Part shown: piece after piece, positions 28,778-36,346 of the stretch
How the letters are laid out: each line of letters starts with the position of its first letter
Numbering within the stretch: position 1 is the first letter of the stretch
Assembly (NCBI GenBank): GCA_016278675.1
Contig: JADQBJ010000022.1
Location: 60,570-124,569 of the forward strand
Source: Desulfobulbaceae bacterium
GTDB taxonomy: Bacteria; Desulfobacterota; Desulfobulbia; Desulfobulbales; Desulfocapsaceae
Length of the DNA: 64,000 nucleotides
Reading direction: 5' to 3'
Program-made: the position numbers and the translations under genes
The notes under the pieces: model-generated
What the model was told of the DNA's origin: nothing
The model's input: only the letters and a program-made list of their open reading frames with translations
Database searches by the model: none

Positions 28778-28810
28778 GAAGCCTCTGTGTATTGCACGGG
28801 GGCTTTTTTG
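28778..28810 (+). terminator. Rho-independent terminator after the fliD-fliS-X unit
   Basis: GAAGCCTC...GGGGGCTT stem followed by TTTTTT (28804-28809). Confidence 0.55.
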
Positions 28811-28844
28811 TTTGGTGTGTACTTGTGAAATCGGCGATGAGCTC

Positions 28845-29309
28845 TCAGGAAATATTTCCTTCCTCGACATCTTTGCCTTCTTTTTTGTCGAAGGAGGGCA
28901 GGGGAGTCTTGGTTTTATACTCGGCGTTTTCCAGAATTACCTGCATAGCTCTGTTGTTTTTAGGCGAGAAGAGGATAGGGGCGGCCAGATTGAGGGTAAT
29001 ATTATGATCGGGAGGCACGGTGACCACACTGAGGGCATAGCATTCCTCTATTGAATCAATCTGCAGGTGATTTTTTTCGCTTTCTTCGGGAATCACCTTG
29101 TAGTCGAGGTAAAAATTGGTAGGATCTGTGAGGACGAAGGCGATAGCGGGATCATCGACGCTTTGAACCCAGAAGAGCGGACCTTCTTTTTTATTGGGCA
29201 TGACAATGAAATCGTGCAGATTGGGAAAGCCAATCAGCCCTGCGGGAAAGTGGAGGAGGTTATCCGGGTCGTATTCAACTTCGCCGAAACGTGTCTCGAT
29301 TTTTTTCAT
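28845..29309 (-). CDS. fliW: Flagellar assembly factor FliW
   Basis: MKKIETRFGEVEYDPDNLLHFPAGLIGFPNLHDFIV...PLFWVQSVDDPAIAFVLTDP is classic FliW. The ATG at 29309 is 2 nt after the csrA stop. Confidence 0.92.
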   Translation of the reverse strand: MKKIETRFGEVEYDPDNLLHFPAGLIGFPNLHDFIVMPNKKEGPLFWVQSVDDPAIAFVLTDPTNFYLDYKVIPEESEKNHLQIDSIEECYALSVVTVPPDHNITLNLAAPILFSPKNNRAMQVILENAEYKTKTPLPSFDKKEGKDVEEGNIS

Positions 29310-29311
29310 CA

Positions 29312-29551
29312 CTATTTCTTATCTTTTTGTTTACCGGGAATGAGCGAGTCCAAATCATCTGGCTGCCAGTGAAGCGCCGCCTCCCTGTTTTCCGCCGATA
29401 TTTGTTCATAGACTTCCTGGCGGTATATCTTCTGTTCTTTGGGGGCGTCGATGCCTATACGGATCCCTCCGCCTTTTACTTCTATGACCTTAATGGTGAT
29501 ATTGTCGCCGATGACAATACCCTCACCGGCTTTCCTGGTCAAAACCAGCAT
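29312..29551 (-). CDS. csrA: Carbon storage regulator CsrA (FliW-partnered type with C-terminal extension)
   Basis: MLVLTRKAGEGIVIGDNITIKVIEVKGGGIRIGIDAPKEQKIYRQEVY followed by a tail of about 30 aa. Start at the ATG at 29551 after the SD GGGAGAG. Confidence 0.93.
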   Translation of the reverse strand: MLVLTRKAGEGIVIGDNITIKVIEVKGGGIRIGIDAPKEQKIYRQEVYEQISAENREAALHWQPDDLDSLIPGKQKDKK

Positions 29552-29645
29552 GATTCTCTCCCGGAAGAACGACAATCCGCACTGAAGCGCAAGCGAATTC
29601 AATGTTTAGTAAATAGCTTAATACTACGGTAACTTATTTTGCAAT

Positions 29646-29674
29646 ATACTATCCCTTCAGGAGATCGAAGTCAA
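29646..29674 (-). promoter_or_regulatory. Sigma-70-type promoter candidate for csrA-fliW
   Basis: Minus strand TTGACT-N17-TAGTAT, about 95 nt upstream of the csrA ATG, in the flgL/csrA spacer. Confidence 0.35.
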
Positions 29675-29780
29675 ATGAATTGCTCATCATCGCGTGTGGG
29701 TGAATGACGACTTTTCAGACTTATTATTGTTCTTGAAAAAGAAATGTATTTTTCAAAATTTTTTATGATGTTTAGCGATC

Positions 29781-30800
29781 CTAGATATAATTGAGGATTG
29801 AGATATCTGATACTTTGGCGGTAATATTAAGCGCCGCCTTAAAAGCCGTCTCCTGTTTTATGATATCGTTGAAAGTCTCAATCACGTCGGCATCTTGGTA
29901 TCTGGAGAGAATCTGTTCCAGATCGGCTTTCACGGTTTCCTGGCTTTGGATTGCATTTTCCACCCGGCGGGCACGGTTACCGAGCTGACTGCGCAAGCGT
30001 CTGTTTTGATCGGCGGCAAGGTCCAGATCGGCGAGACCTTTTTGTATGCCGTCGCCTGGTGTGGTTGGAGGTGCATTGTTGACATTACCGGCTCTGATGG
30101 AATCTTCCAGACGCTGCAACACGCTGAAAACATCGACACCTTTATCCGACTGGTAGTCGAAACCATTTGTAGGTGTATTACTTTGGGCTTGTATCGAGAC
30201 GTTGCTGATACCCATAAAGAGTTCATTACCGGTCAGAGTAACTTTCTGAAGTTCTCCCGGTGTAATCTCCAGTTGTGTGGAATTGCCGTCTCCCATATAA
30301 AAAACCGGCCACGTCTGTGAATCTAAAGGATCATAGCCGGCATCTGTATACCCTGTATTTTCGACGAATGGTTTTGTCTGCTCCTGATATCCGGCAAACA
30401 TATATTTTCCGTCAATGACACCGTTGGCAGAGTCTAAAAGTTCGTCTTTAAGGAAATTTACTTCATCGGCAAGAGTATTAAGATCCTGGGGGCTCAGGCT
30501 TTCGTTAACGGAGTTTATGCCGATTTCCTTAGCACGCTGCAGGATATTTTCGACATGTGCAAGATGTCCATCTGTAGCCTGCATTTTATCAAGGCTGACA
30601 CCCATGGTTTCGAGGTAGCGATCGGTTGTGCGCAGCTGCGTCCTGGTAGTGAGAACCGGGCGGATGGCTGAGGGATCATCGGACGGGTTATTGAGTTTTA
30701 TGCCGGTTGCCCCCTGGATACGCAGGTCTTCCAACCGGCCGGTAATCCGGCCAAGATTGGTCTGCAGCATTCTATATGTAGTATTTTCAGTGACTTTCAT
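29781..30800 (-). CDS. flgL: Hook-filament junction protein FlgL (HAP3)
   Basis: Flagellin-like N-terminus (VTENTTYRMLQTNLGRI) and C-terminus; 339 aa; follows flgK. Confidence 0.88.
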   Translation of the reverse strand: MKVTENTTYRMLQTNLGRITGRLEDLRIQGATGIKLNNPSDDPSAIRPVLTTRTQLRTTDRYLETMGVSLDKMQATDGHLAHVENILQRAKEIGINSVNESLSPQDLNTLADEVNFLKDELLDSANGVIDGKYMFAGYQEQTKPFVENTGYTDAGYDPLDSQTWPVFYMGDGNSTQLEITPGELQKVTLTGNELFMGISNVSIQAQSNTPTNGFDYQSDKGVDVFSVLQRLEDSIRAGNVNNAPPTTPGDGIQKGLADLDLAADQNRRLRSQLGNRARRVENAIQSQETVKADLEQILSRYQDADVIETFNDIIKQETAFKAALNITAKVSDISILNYI

Positions 30801-30851
30801 AGGCTATTCCTCCGTGATATGCACCGGGAGCAGAAAGGAGTCGATTGAACA

Positions 30852-32276
30852 TTACCGTCTGATGTTGATAAGAGAACCCATCATCTCATCAATAGTGGAT
30901 AAAAATTTCGCCGAGGATTCAAAGCCCCGCTGATAAATGATCAGATCAATCATTTCCTCCTCAAGGGAGACGCCGGCCAAGCCGTCGCGCATGTTTTCAA
31001 GCTGGTTGACGGCATCCTGTGAGCCTTCCAGATTCAATTGGTTCTGATTGGTATGTATACCCACTCTGGAAGTCATCTTGCCATAATAGGAGTTGAAATC
31101 ATCGATCCCGTCCACAAGGTAGGATTCCCCGATATTTGAGATAGTCAGGGCGTTGCGGTTGTCGCCCGGGGCTGCCGGTGAGCCCATGCCGGCGGCGACC
31201 TGATTGGAGTCCGCAAGCACGACAGACATGTTTCGTGCTGCATTGAGATAGTCGGCGGGCAGCGGCTCTGGCGGCGTTGTCGATGCCGCAGTGGGACCGG
31301 AGAAGAAGCTGAGGCCGGTGCTGTCATCGAGTCCGACACCTGCTGCGTGCTGAAGATTCACCTGGCTGCTGATTTCATAGGCGAGGCGGTCCAGATCGTC
31401 TCGAAGTGCGGGAATGAAGTTGTCACGCATTTCAAGCATTCCCTGGAATTCACCGCCCAGATGTCTTTCGTTGATGGATCGCGTCACTCCGCCGGCATGC
31501 AGGACCAGGTCCATGTCGGCGCCCGAGGAAACCGGCTCGATGACCATAGCTTCGGTGCCCTGGACTAAAGGAAGGCCTCCGGGCAGATTGACGGAGAGCA
31601 TCCCATTCGGTGTTTCATAGCTTTCGGCGCCAAGTGCGGCGGCAAGATCATTGGCCAGCGCGTCTCTTTTATCCCGTGCCGAATTAGCGGTCTGGCCGCG
31701 AATTTCAATATTGAAGATTGTCTGATTGAGGTCGGCGACTTCCTCGATCTTGGAATTGATGGCGCTTACCTTGGAAACGATGGTATCGTTAATGTTTTCT
31801 CTGACGGTCTGCAGATCGTTGGCGGTATTGTTGAAATTGGTGGACAGCAGCTCGCCGCGCTGGATGACGATATCCCGGAGAACAAGATCGCTGGGACTGG
31901 CGGACAACTCCTGCCAGGAGTCGAAAAATCTGTCGACATCGGTGGCGATATTCTCCTCTGAAATATTAAATATACGCTCAAGTTCACTAAGGGACTGGGT
32001 CTGGCCGTTAAAGAGTCCGAGGTCGACCACCTTGTCGCGCAGCTGGTTGGTGACAAAGACGTCGTGATCGCGGCGGACATCGCTTACCTTTACTCCCTGG
32101 CCCACAAAAAAATCCCCGAAATTGACAGCGGGGTAGGTGGAAAGCGTAGCGCTTTGTCGGGAATATCCCGGGGTATTGACATTGGAGATATTATTGCCGA
32201 CTATCTCAATCGACTTCTGGTTGACCTCCAGTGAGGTCCGCGCCGCATTAAGTGCGGAAAAGAGTCCACCGCCCAT
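30852..32276 (-). CDS. flgK: Hook-filament junction protein FlgK (HAP1)
   Basis: MGGGLFSALNAARTSLEVNQKSIEIVGNNISNVNTPGYSRQ is a FlgK N-terminus. Start set at the ATG at 32276, 1 nt after the flgN stop. The longer ORF to 32489 overlaps flgN. Confidence 0.9.
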   Translation of the reverse strand: MGGGLFSALNAARTSLEVNQKSIEIVGNNISNVNTPGYSRQSATLSTYPAVNFGDFFVGQGVKVSDVRRDHDVFVTNQLRDKVVDLGLFNGQTQSLSELERIFNISEENIATDVDRFFDSWQELSASPSDLVLRDIVIQRGELLSTNFNNTANDLQTVRENINDTIVSKVSAINSKIEEVADLNQTIFNIEIRGQTANSARDKRDALANDLAAALGAESYETPNGMLSVNLPGGLPLVQGTEAMVIEPVSSGADMDLVLHAGGVTRSINERHLGGEFQGMLEMRDNFIPALRDDLDRLAYEISSQVNLQHAAGVGLDDSTGLSFFSGPTAASTTPPEPLPADYLNAARNMSVVLADSNQVAAGMGSPAAPGDNRNALTISNIGESYLVDGIDDFNSYYGKMTSRVGIHTNQNQLNLEGSQDAVNQLENMRDGLAGVSLEEEMIDLIIYQRGFESSAKFLSTIDEMMGSLINIRR

Positions 32277-32277
32277 A

Positions 32278-32634
32278 TCAGATCCGTCCCGAGAGCAATC
32301 TGCCGTTTGTTTCCGAAGAGACGGTACCGGCATTTGCGGAATAGGTTGAAGACGAGGTTCTCTTGCCGAAGAATTCCATGGTTTCCCTGATCCAGCCGAG
32401 TGTGGATTTAAAGAGAAAGGCATTCCTGCGGTTTTCATGCCGGATCTGTTCGGCGAGCGGCTGGTCGGCCTTATCGATGCTTTTGACATGCGCCAGAACC
32501 TGAATCAGATCTTCCTTGGCCTTCATGGCGGTGTACATGCCGTCAAGGTTAAGATTTATTGCCTGCTCCCTCTCCTGGATGATCGCATCTTTCAGTGCCA
32601 GCAGATTTTCACGCGTGGTTCCGGCATTCATCAT
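32278..32634 (-). CDS. flgN: FlgN-like export chaperone
   Basis: 118-aa helical ORF between flgM and flgK, the conserved flgN position. Sequence similarity is judged only loosely. Confidence 0.6.
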   Translation of the reverse strand: MMNAGTTRENLLALKDAIIQEREQAINLNLDGMYTAMKAKEDLIQVLAHVKSIDKADQPLAEQIRHENRRNAFLFKSTLGWIRETMEFFGKRTSSSTYSANAGTVSSETNGRLLSGRI

Positions 32635-32957
32635 TATTTTTCCTCAACAATGAACTGCAGCAGGGAAGAAGCGACCTTATGCAGATCAGGTTTGTAGGAA
32701 CCTTCAGCAATCTGTGCCTTGAGGGCCTGCACTTTTGCTGCTCTTTCCGCGCTTATGGTGCTTTCAGACTGTTTTGCCTTGTTCACATCCTGAAGCACTG
32801 CTGAAAATTGTACCTGGTCCGGATTCTGTACGGCTTCCGTCTTTTTCCCCGATTGTGATTTCTGTGCATTCTTTAAATCACCAATCTGTCCCGGTCCGCC
32901 GATTCCAAAAAAATCAATACTCATATCGTCACCCGATTGTTTGAGCTTATTTGCCAT
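32634..32957 (-). CDS. flgM: Anti-sigma-28 factor FlgM
   Basis: C-terminal RAAKVQALKAQIAEGSYKPDLHKVASSLL matches the FlgM sigma-28-binding region. The start is ambiguous, either the ATG at 32957 or the ATG at 32924. Confidence 0.8.
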   Translation of the reverse strand: MANKLKQSGDDMSIDFFGIGGPGQIGDLKNAQKSQSGKKTEAVQNPDQVQFSAVLQDVNKAKQSESTISAERAAKVQALKAQIAEGSYKPDLHKVASSLLQFIVEEK

Positions 32958-33507
32958 CTGCCTCAGCAGCCCAGGCATCAAGCTTTTCCGTTACCGCGGT
33001 AAAGGTGGTGTGTGATATATCCGGCAGTGAACCGCCAAATGCTTCAAGGGCTTCATTGAAACCTTTTTCAACACCTTCTTTTATTGCATCAAGCCTGTCG
33101 GCATCGCGGTCGGCCGCAGCTATGGCGAATTTTACTATACGATCCGATGTCTGTCCAACACCAAAATAGCCGTCTTCCGCTATAAGTTCAGCGGCTTCTT
33201 CCCGGCTGATTTGGCCTATATCGATCTCCGAATCAGCAGCGGCTATGACAGAGTTGGCACCTTGTTCACCGAGCAGAGTAGCAACAAGTTTACGGAGTAT
33301 TTCGTAGCCCTTATCCGCAATCTCTCCGGAAGAAAAAGGAGAGCAGTAGGTTGTGGCCGGTGTTGAGCTCTGTTGAAGGGTTACTGTATCCATGGCTGCT
33401 TTTTGTGAACCGGATTCTCTTCTTTTATCCACTCGTTCGCGAGGCCGATGATCTGCATTGGCTGCCTTCGCATCCAAAGCCAATCCATTACTGATAGAAT
33501 TAACCAT
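32947..33507 (-). CDS. DUF5610-like hypothetical protein, first gene of the flgM operon
   Basis: 186-aa ORF. The C-terminal pattern GVGQTSDRIVKFAI...DRLDAIKEGVEKGFNEALEAFGGSLPDISHTTFTAVTEKLDAW resembles DUF5610 proteins (recalled, not searched). The ATG at 33507 sits 7 nt after the SD AAGGAGG. Confidence 0.6.
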   Translation of the reverse strand: MVNSISNGLALDAKAANADHRPRERVDKRRESGSQKAAMDTVTLQQSSTPATTYCSPFSSGEIADKGYEILRKLVATLLGEQGANSVIAAADSEIDIGQISREEAAELIAEDGYFGVGQTSDRIVKFAIAAADRDADRLDAIKEGVEKGFNEALEAFGGSLPDISHTTFTAVTEKLDAWAAEADGK

Positions 33508-33510
33508 TCT

Positions 33511-33572
33511 GCCGCCTCCTTGCGAAAAAAACTCATGCATCCATGCATGCTTTCTTTATATTTCTCTATTTA
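33511..33572 (-). repeat. 62-nt leader repeat, copy 1 (5' UTR of the DUF5610-flgM operon)
   Basis: Identical at 59/62 positions to 33859-33920. It contains the palindrome CATGCAT-GG-ATGCATG (33534-33549) and the SD CAAGGAGG. Confidence 0.9.
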
Positions 33573-33573
33573 T

Positions 33574-33600
33574 ATATCGGCTTTGCTACAGAAAACTTTA
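33574..33600 (-). promoter_or_regulatory. Sigma-28 promoter: TAAA-N15-GCCGATAT
   Basis: The minus strand reads CTAAAG TTTTCTGTAGCAAA GCCGATAT, a full match to the sigma-D/sigma-28 consensus with canonical spacing, about 65 nt upstream of the DUF5610-like ATG. Confidence 0.75.
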
Positions 33601-33858
33601 GTACCTTGCTCCACAAAAGCTGACAAAATTTACAAAAAGACGGGAAATGTATTTGAAATCGCAAAACTACATCTACAACCAAGGTACTTATACCCCTCGA
33701 GAGGGTACTGAACAAAGTCGAGCTCAGCTGGATTAGAACGAACTCGTCTTTTAAAAAAAAGTATTAACGTTGTCCTTTCAGGACTCATCGTGTGTGCGCA
33801 ATGTCTCCGGTGGTTAAAACCACCGGCTATACGACCCAATCCCTTCGGGATTCGTGTT

Positions 33859-33920
33859 GCCGCCTCCTTGCGAAAAAGAATCATGCATCCATGCATGCTT
33901 TCTTAATATTTCTCTATTTA
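33859..33920 (-). repeat. 62-nt leader repeat, copy 2 (no promoter box, no downstream start codon)
   Basis: Direct repeat of 33511-33572. On the minus strand it is followed by hairpins at 33838-33852, 33807-33826 and 33772-33784, then a T8 tract (33753-33760). Confidence 0.9.
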
Positions 33921-34000
33921 CAACAAAATTTTTTTCCGGAGCCCATGCCCGCATGGGAATCTCCTATGAGATCCGTTGGACCCCGTTGTAATTCAACTCT

Positions 34001-34195
34001 GATAATTCGTAAAAAGTCATTGAAGGCACCGGGATGGACTCTGCGATAAGCACCCCTACGGGCATAAACTCCGACTTCGAGAAAGCTTGATGGTAGGCGT
34101 AGTATCTGAAACGGCGATTTGGTAGTACATGTGGTACGGCAAATCGTCGTTTCAGATCTACAACGACGTAGATCGAGCTTTTTACGAGTCCATCA
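34001..34195. repeat. Mosaic intergenic repeat, most complete R1 copy
   Basis: Components in order: core GATAATTCGTAAAAAGTCATTGAAGGCACCGGGATGGACTCTG (34001-34043); R3 module CCGACTTCGAGAAAGC (34071-34086); 17-bp-stem hairpin TCTGAAACGGCGATTTG/CAAATCGTCGTTTCAGA (34105-34156); hairpin GATCTAC-AACGAC-GTAGATC (34155-34174); tail TACGAGTCCATC abutting the flgJ-like stop. Confidence 0.85.
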
Positions 34196-34501
34196 TTTGA
34201 TATTGCCTTTCAGCTGATCATACATCGCTTCACCGATTCCCATACCCTTCCCGGCTGCTGTTTTTCGTGCCATTTCCATATCCAGCATTTCCTCGAACAT
34301 AGTCGTGGCGGAGGATTTCTCCAAAAGGCCTCCTTCGGGAATGTTTTTTCGCATGGCTTTATACATTTCATTTATGTATATAGCCTCAAATTCACGGGCT
34401 GACTGACGAAGCTGTTTATCGTTTTTCGCCTTGTCAGGGGCAACCGACGGTGAGGTCGGTGTAACGGACTGGGTAATTCTCGGGTCTATTTGCAGATTCA
34501 T
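34193..34501 (-). CDS. flgJ: Rod-binding protein (FlgJ N-terminal domain only)
   Basis: The 102-aa ORF has SAREFEAIYINEMYKAMRK...MFEEMLDMEMARKTA, a FlgJ rod-binding-domain pattern. There is no muramidase domain. It follows flgI. Confidence 0.8.
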   Translation of the reverse strand: MNLQIDPRITQSVTPTSPSVAPDKAKNDKQLRQSAREFEAIYINEMYKAMRKNIPEGGLLEKSSATTMFEEMLDMEMARKTAAGKGMGIGEAMYDQLKGNIK

Positions 34502-34515
34502 GATATAAAAAAAAG

Positions 34516-35640
34516 TTATAGTATTATGAGTTCACCCTGCATGGAGCCGGATGCCTTGATTGCTTGAAATATGGCGATGAGATCGCGAGGAGTGGCGCCG
34601 ATGGCGTTGAGGGCGCTCGCTATTTCGCCGATGCTCACGCCATGGGGAAGATCCAGGACCGTAAGCCGACCTTCTTCTTCGACGACCTCGAGCGAAGTTT
34701 CCCGAGTGACGACGGTTTCTCCTTCACCAAGCGGATTTGGCTGAATGACATCCTCGTATTCCTTGACGACAAGACTGAGATTGCCGTGCGAGACGGCAAC
34801 GGTAGAGAGCTTGACGTCTTTACCCATGACGATGGTTCCGGTACGCTCGTTCACAACCACGCGGGCCACGGAATCGGATAGTATTTCAATGGATTCGACT
34901 TCGGAAACAAAGGAGACAACATTGTCTTGGTTCGACTCCGGTATATGAACAATTACTGTTCCGGAATCATTGGGAAAAGCAGTATTTTTACCAAATATCC
35001 GATTGATGGAATCGCTCATCCTGGTGGCAGTGGTGAAGTCGGCATTATTGAGTTGGTAAACTATTTTTCCTTCTTCGCCGAGTTCTACCGGGACGGTATT
35101 TTCAATAATCGCACCGTTGGAAATTCTGCCGACGGTCGGATGATTTTTCTGAGCTTTGGCCGCTTTTCCACCAAAGGAAAAAGCGCCGATGGACAATGGT
35201 CCCTGAGCTACGGCATAGACGTTGTCATCGGCCCCTTTGAGCGGCGTCATCAACAGGGTGCCCCCGGCCAGGCTGTCTGCATCGCCCATGGAGGAAACGA
35301 GCACATCGATCCGACTGCCCGGCCGTGAAAAAGGCGGCAGGGTGGCTGTAACCATTACCGCGGCAATATTGTCGATTTTGACTCCGTCAAGTTCCTTGGG
35401 ATCAATAGAAATACCGTTTCTTACCATCATATTGTATATGGCCTGCAGGGTGAAAGTGGTCTTCTTCATATCGTCACCGGTGCCGTTGAGACCGGTGACA
35501 AGACCATATCCAATCAGCTGGTTGGTACGTACGCCGTGCAGGTTGGCGATGTCTTTTATACGCGCTGAATAGGCAGGAGCGGCGATAAAGAAAACGATGA
35601 TGGTGATAATCAGGGTTCGTGAAAATTGAGTGAATTTCAT
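34516..35640 (-). CDS. flgI: Flagellar P-ring protein FlgI
   Basis: Signal peptide followed by RIKDIANLHGVRTNQLIGYGLVTGLNGTGD, the canonical FlgI motif. Confidence 0.95.
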   Translation of the reverse strand: MKFTQFSRTLIITIIVFFIAAPAYSARIKDIANLHGVRTNQLIGYGLVTGLNGTGDDMKKTTFTLQAIYNMMVRNGISIDPKELDGVKIDNIAAVMVTATLPPFSRPGSRIDVLVSSMGDADSLAGGTLLMTPLKGADDNVYAVAQGPLSIGAFSFGGKAAKAQKNHPTVGRISNGAIIENTVPVELGEEGKIVYQLNNADFTTATRMSDSINRIFGKNTAFPNDSGTVIVHIPESNQDNVVSFVSEVESIEILSDSVARVVVNERTGTIVMGKDVKLSTVAVSHGNLSLVVKEYEDVIQPNPLGEGETVVTRETSLEVVEEEGRLTVLDLPHGVSIGEIASALNAIGATPRDLIAIFQAIKASGSMQGELIIL

Positions 35641-35655
35641 AATAGTTTCGATTTC

Positions 35656-36345
35656 TTAAAATGGCCAGATATGGTCGATGCCCCGGGTAAGCCACCCAGG
35701 TTCCTGCTTGTCGCTAATGACGCCCTTGCCGGTATAGTGGATGCGCGCGTTCAATATTTTCTCGGAGTCGACGGTGTTGGCCGCGGTTATATCGACAGGC
35801 CGGATTATTCCGGTAATATATATGACCTGAACTTCATTGTTGACCGTTACCTCCTTGCCGCCCCTAATTTTTAAATTTCCGTTGCTGTATCTGCCCACAA
35901 CCTGGGTCGTCAGTGAGGCTCGGAGATCATCGGTGCGCACTGTTTTACCGCTGCCGTCAAATGAGTTGCTGGCACTGGTATTGATCAGACTGGAGAGGTC
36001 GGGAGTGAGAGAGCTGTCGGTTATAAAGCTGGCATTTTCAAGCCCGAAAAAATTGGAAATGCCGGCATTCCAGTTTGATGATTTACCGGAACTTGTGGTT
36101 GCTTCCTTGGTGGCGCTCGCCTGCTCGGAAATGGTGACGGTGACAATGTCGCCGATGCTTCGGGCTTTATGATCCGCAAAGATGGAATCGGTACGATGCG
36201 ACCATAGGGAACCGTTACCCTGTGGCTGAGCATCGGCATGCTGAATTTCTTCCAGAGGCTCGGGGATTTCGGTCAGGTCCGAATAATTCTTTGCTGAACA
36301 GGAGGTGAGCAGGAGCAACGCAGCGACGATGATATAGTTTTTCAT
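35656..36345 (-). CDS. flgH: Flagellar L-ring lipoprotein FlgH
   Basis: Lipobox LLLTSC, and GDIVTVTISEQASA...LKIRGGKEVTVNNEVQVIYITGIIRPVDI is typical of FlgH. Confidence 0.93.
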   Translation of the reverse strand: MKNYIIVAALLLLTSCSAKNYSDLTEIPEPLEEIQHADAQPQGNGSLWSHRTDSIFADHKARSIGDIVTVTISEQASATKEATTSSGKSSNWNAGISNFFGLENASFITDSSLTPDLSSLINTSASNSFDGSGKTVRTDDLRASLTTQVVGRYSNGNLKIRGGKEVTVNNEVQVIYITGIIRPVDITAANTVDSEKILNARIHYTGKGVISDKQEPGWLTRGIDHIWPF

Positions 36346-36346
36346 G

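Noticed and set aside
29697-29760. AT-rich hairpin TTGAAAAA-GAAATGTA-TTTTTCAA after flgL, considered as a terminator.
   Set aside because: On the transcribed (minus) strand it is not followed by a U-tract, and the stem is all A/T. The T-run is on the plus strand, where there is no upstream gene.
30852-32489. Long form of flgK (545 aa) starting at the ATG at 32489.
   Set aside because: The extra 71 codons overlap almost all of the 3' half of flgN and have no FlgK similarity. The conserved FlgK N-terminus MGGGLFSALN begins at the ATG at 32276, 1 nt after the flgN stop.
33511-33920. Possibility that the 62-nt repeats are a CRISPR array or transposon target-site duplication.
   Set aside because: There are only two copies with a 286-bp 'spacer', and no cas genes. 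62 nt is far too long for a TSD, and no terminal inverted repeats or transposase lie between the copies.
33630-34049. ORFs 33630-33896 (-, 88 aa) and 33792-34049 (+, 85 aa) in the flgJ/DUF5610 spacer.
   Set aside because: Both run through the duplicated leader and hairpins. The minus-strand one starts inside the CATGCATGGATGCATG palindrome, upstream of the SD-like sequence. Neither has a family resemblance.
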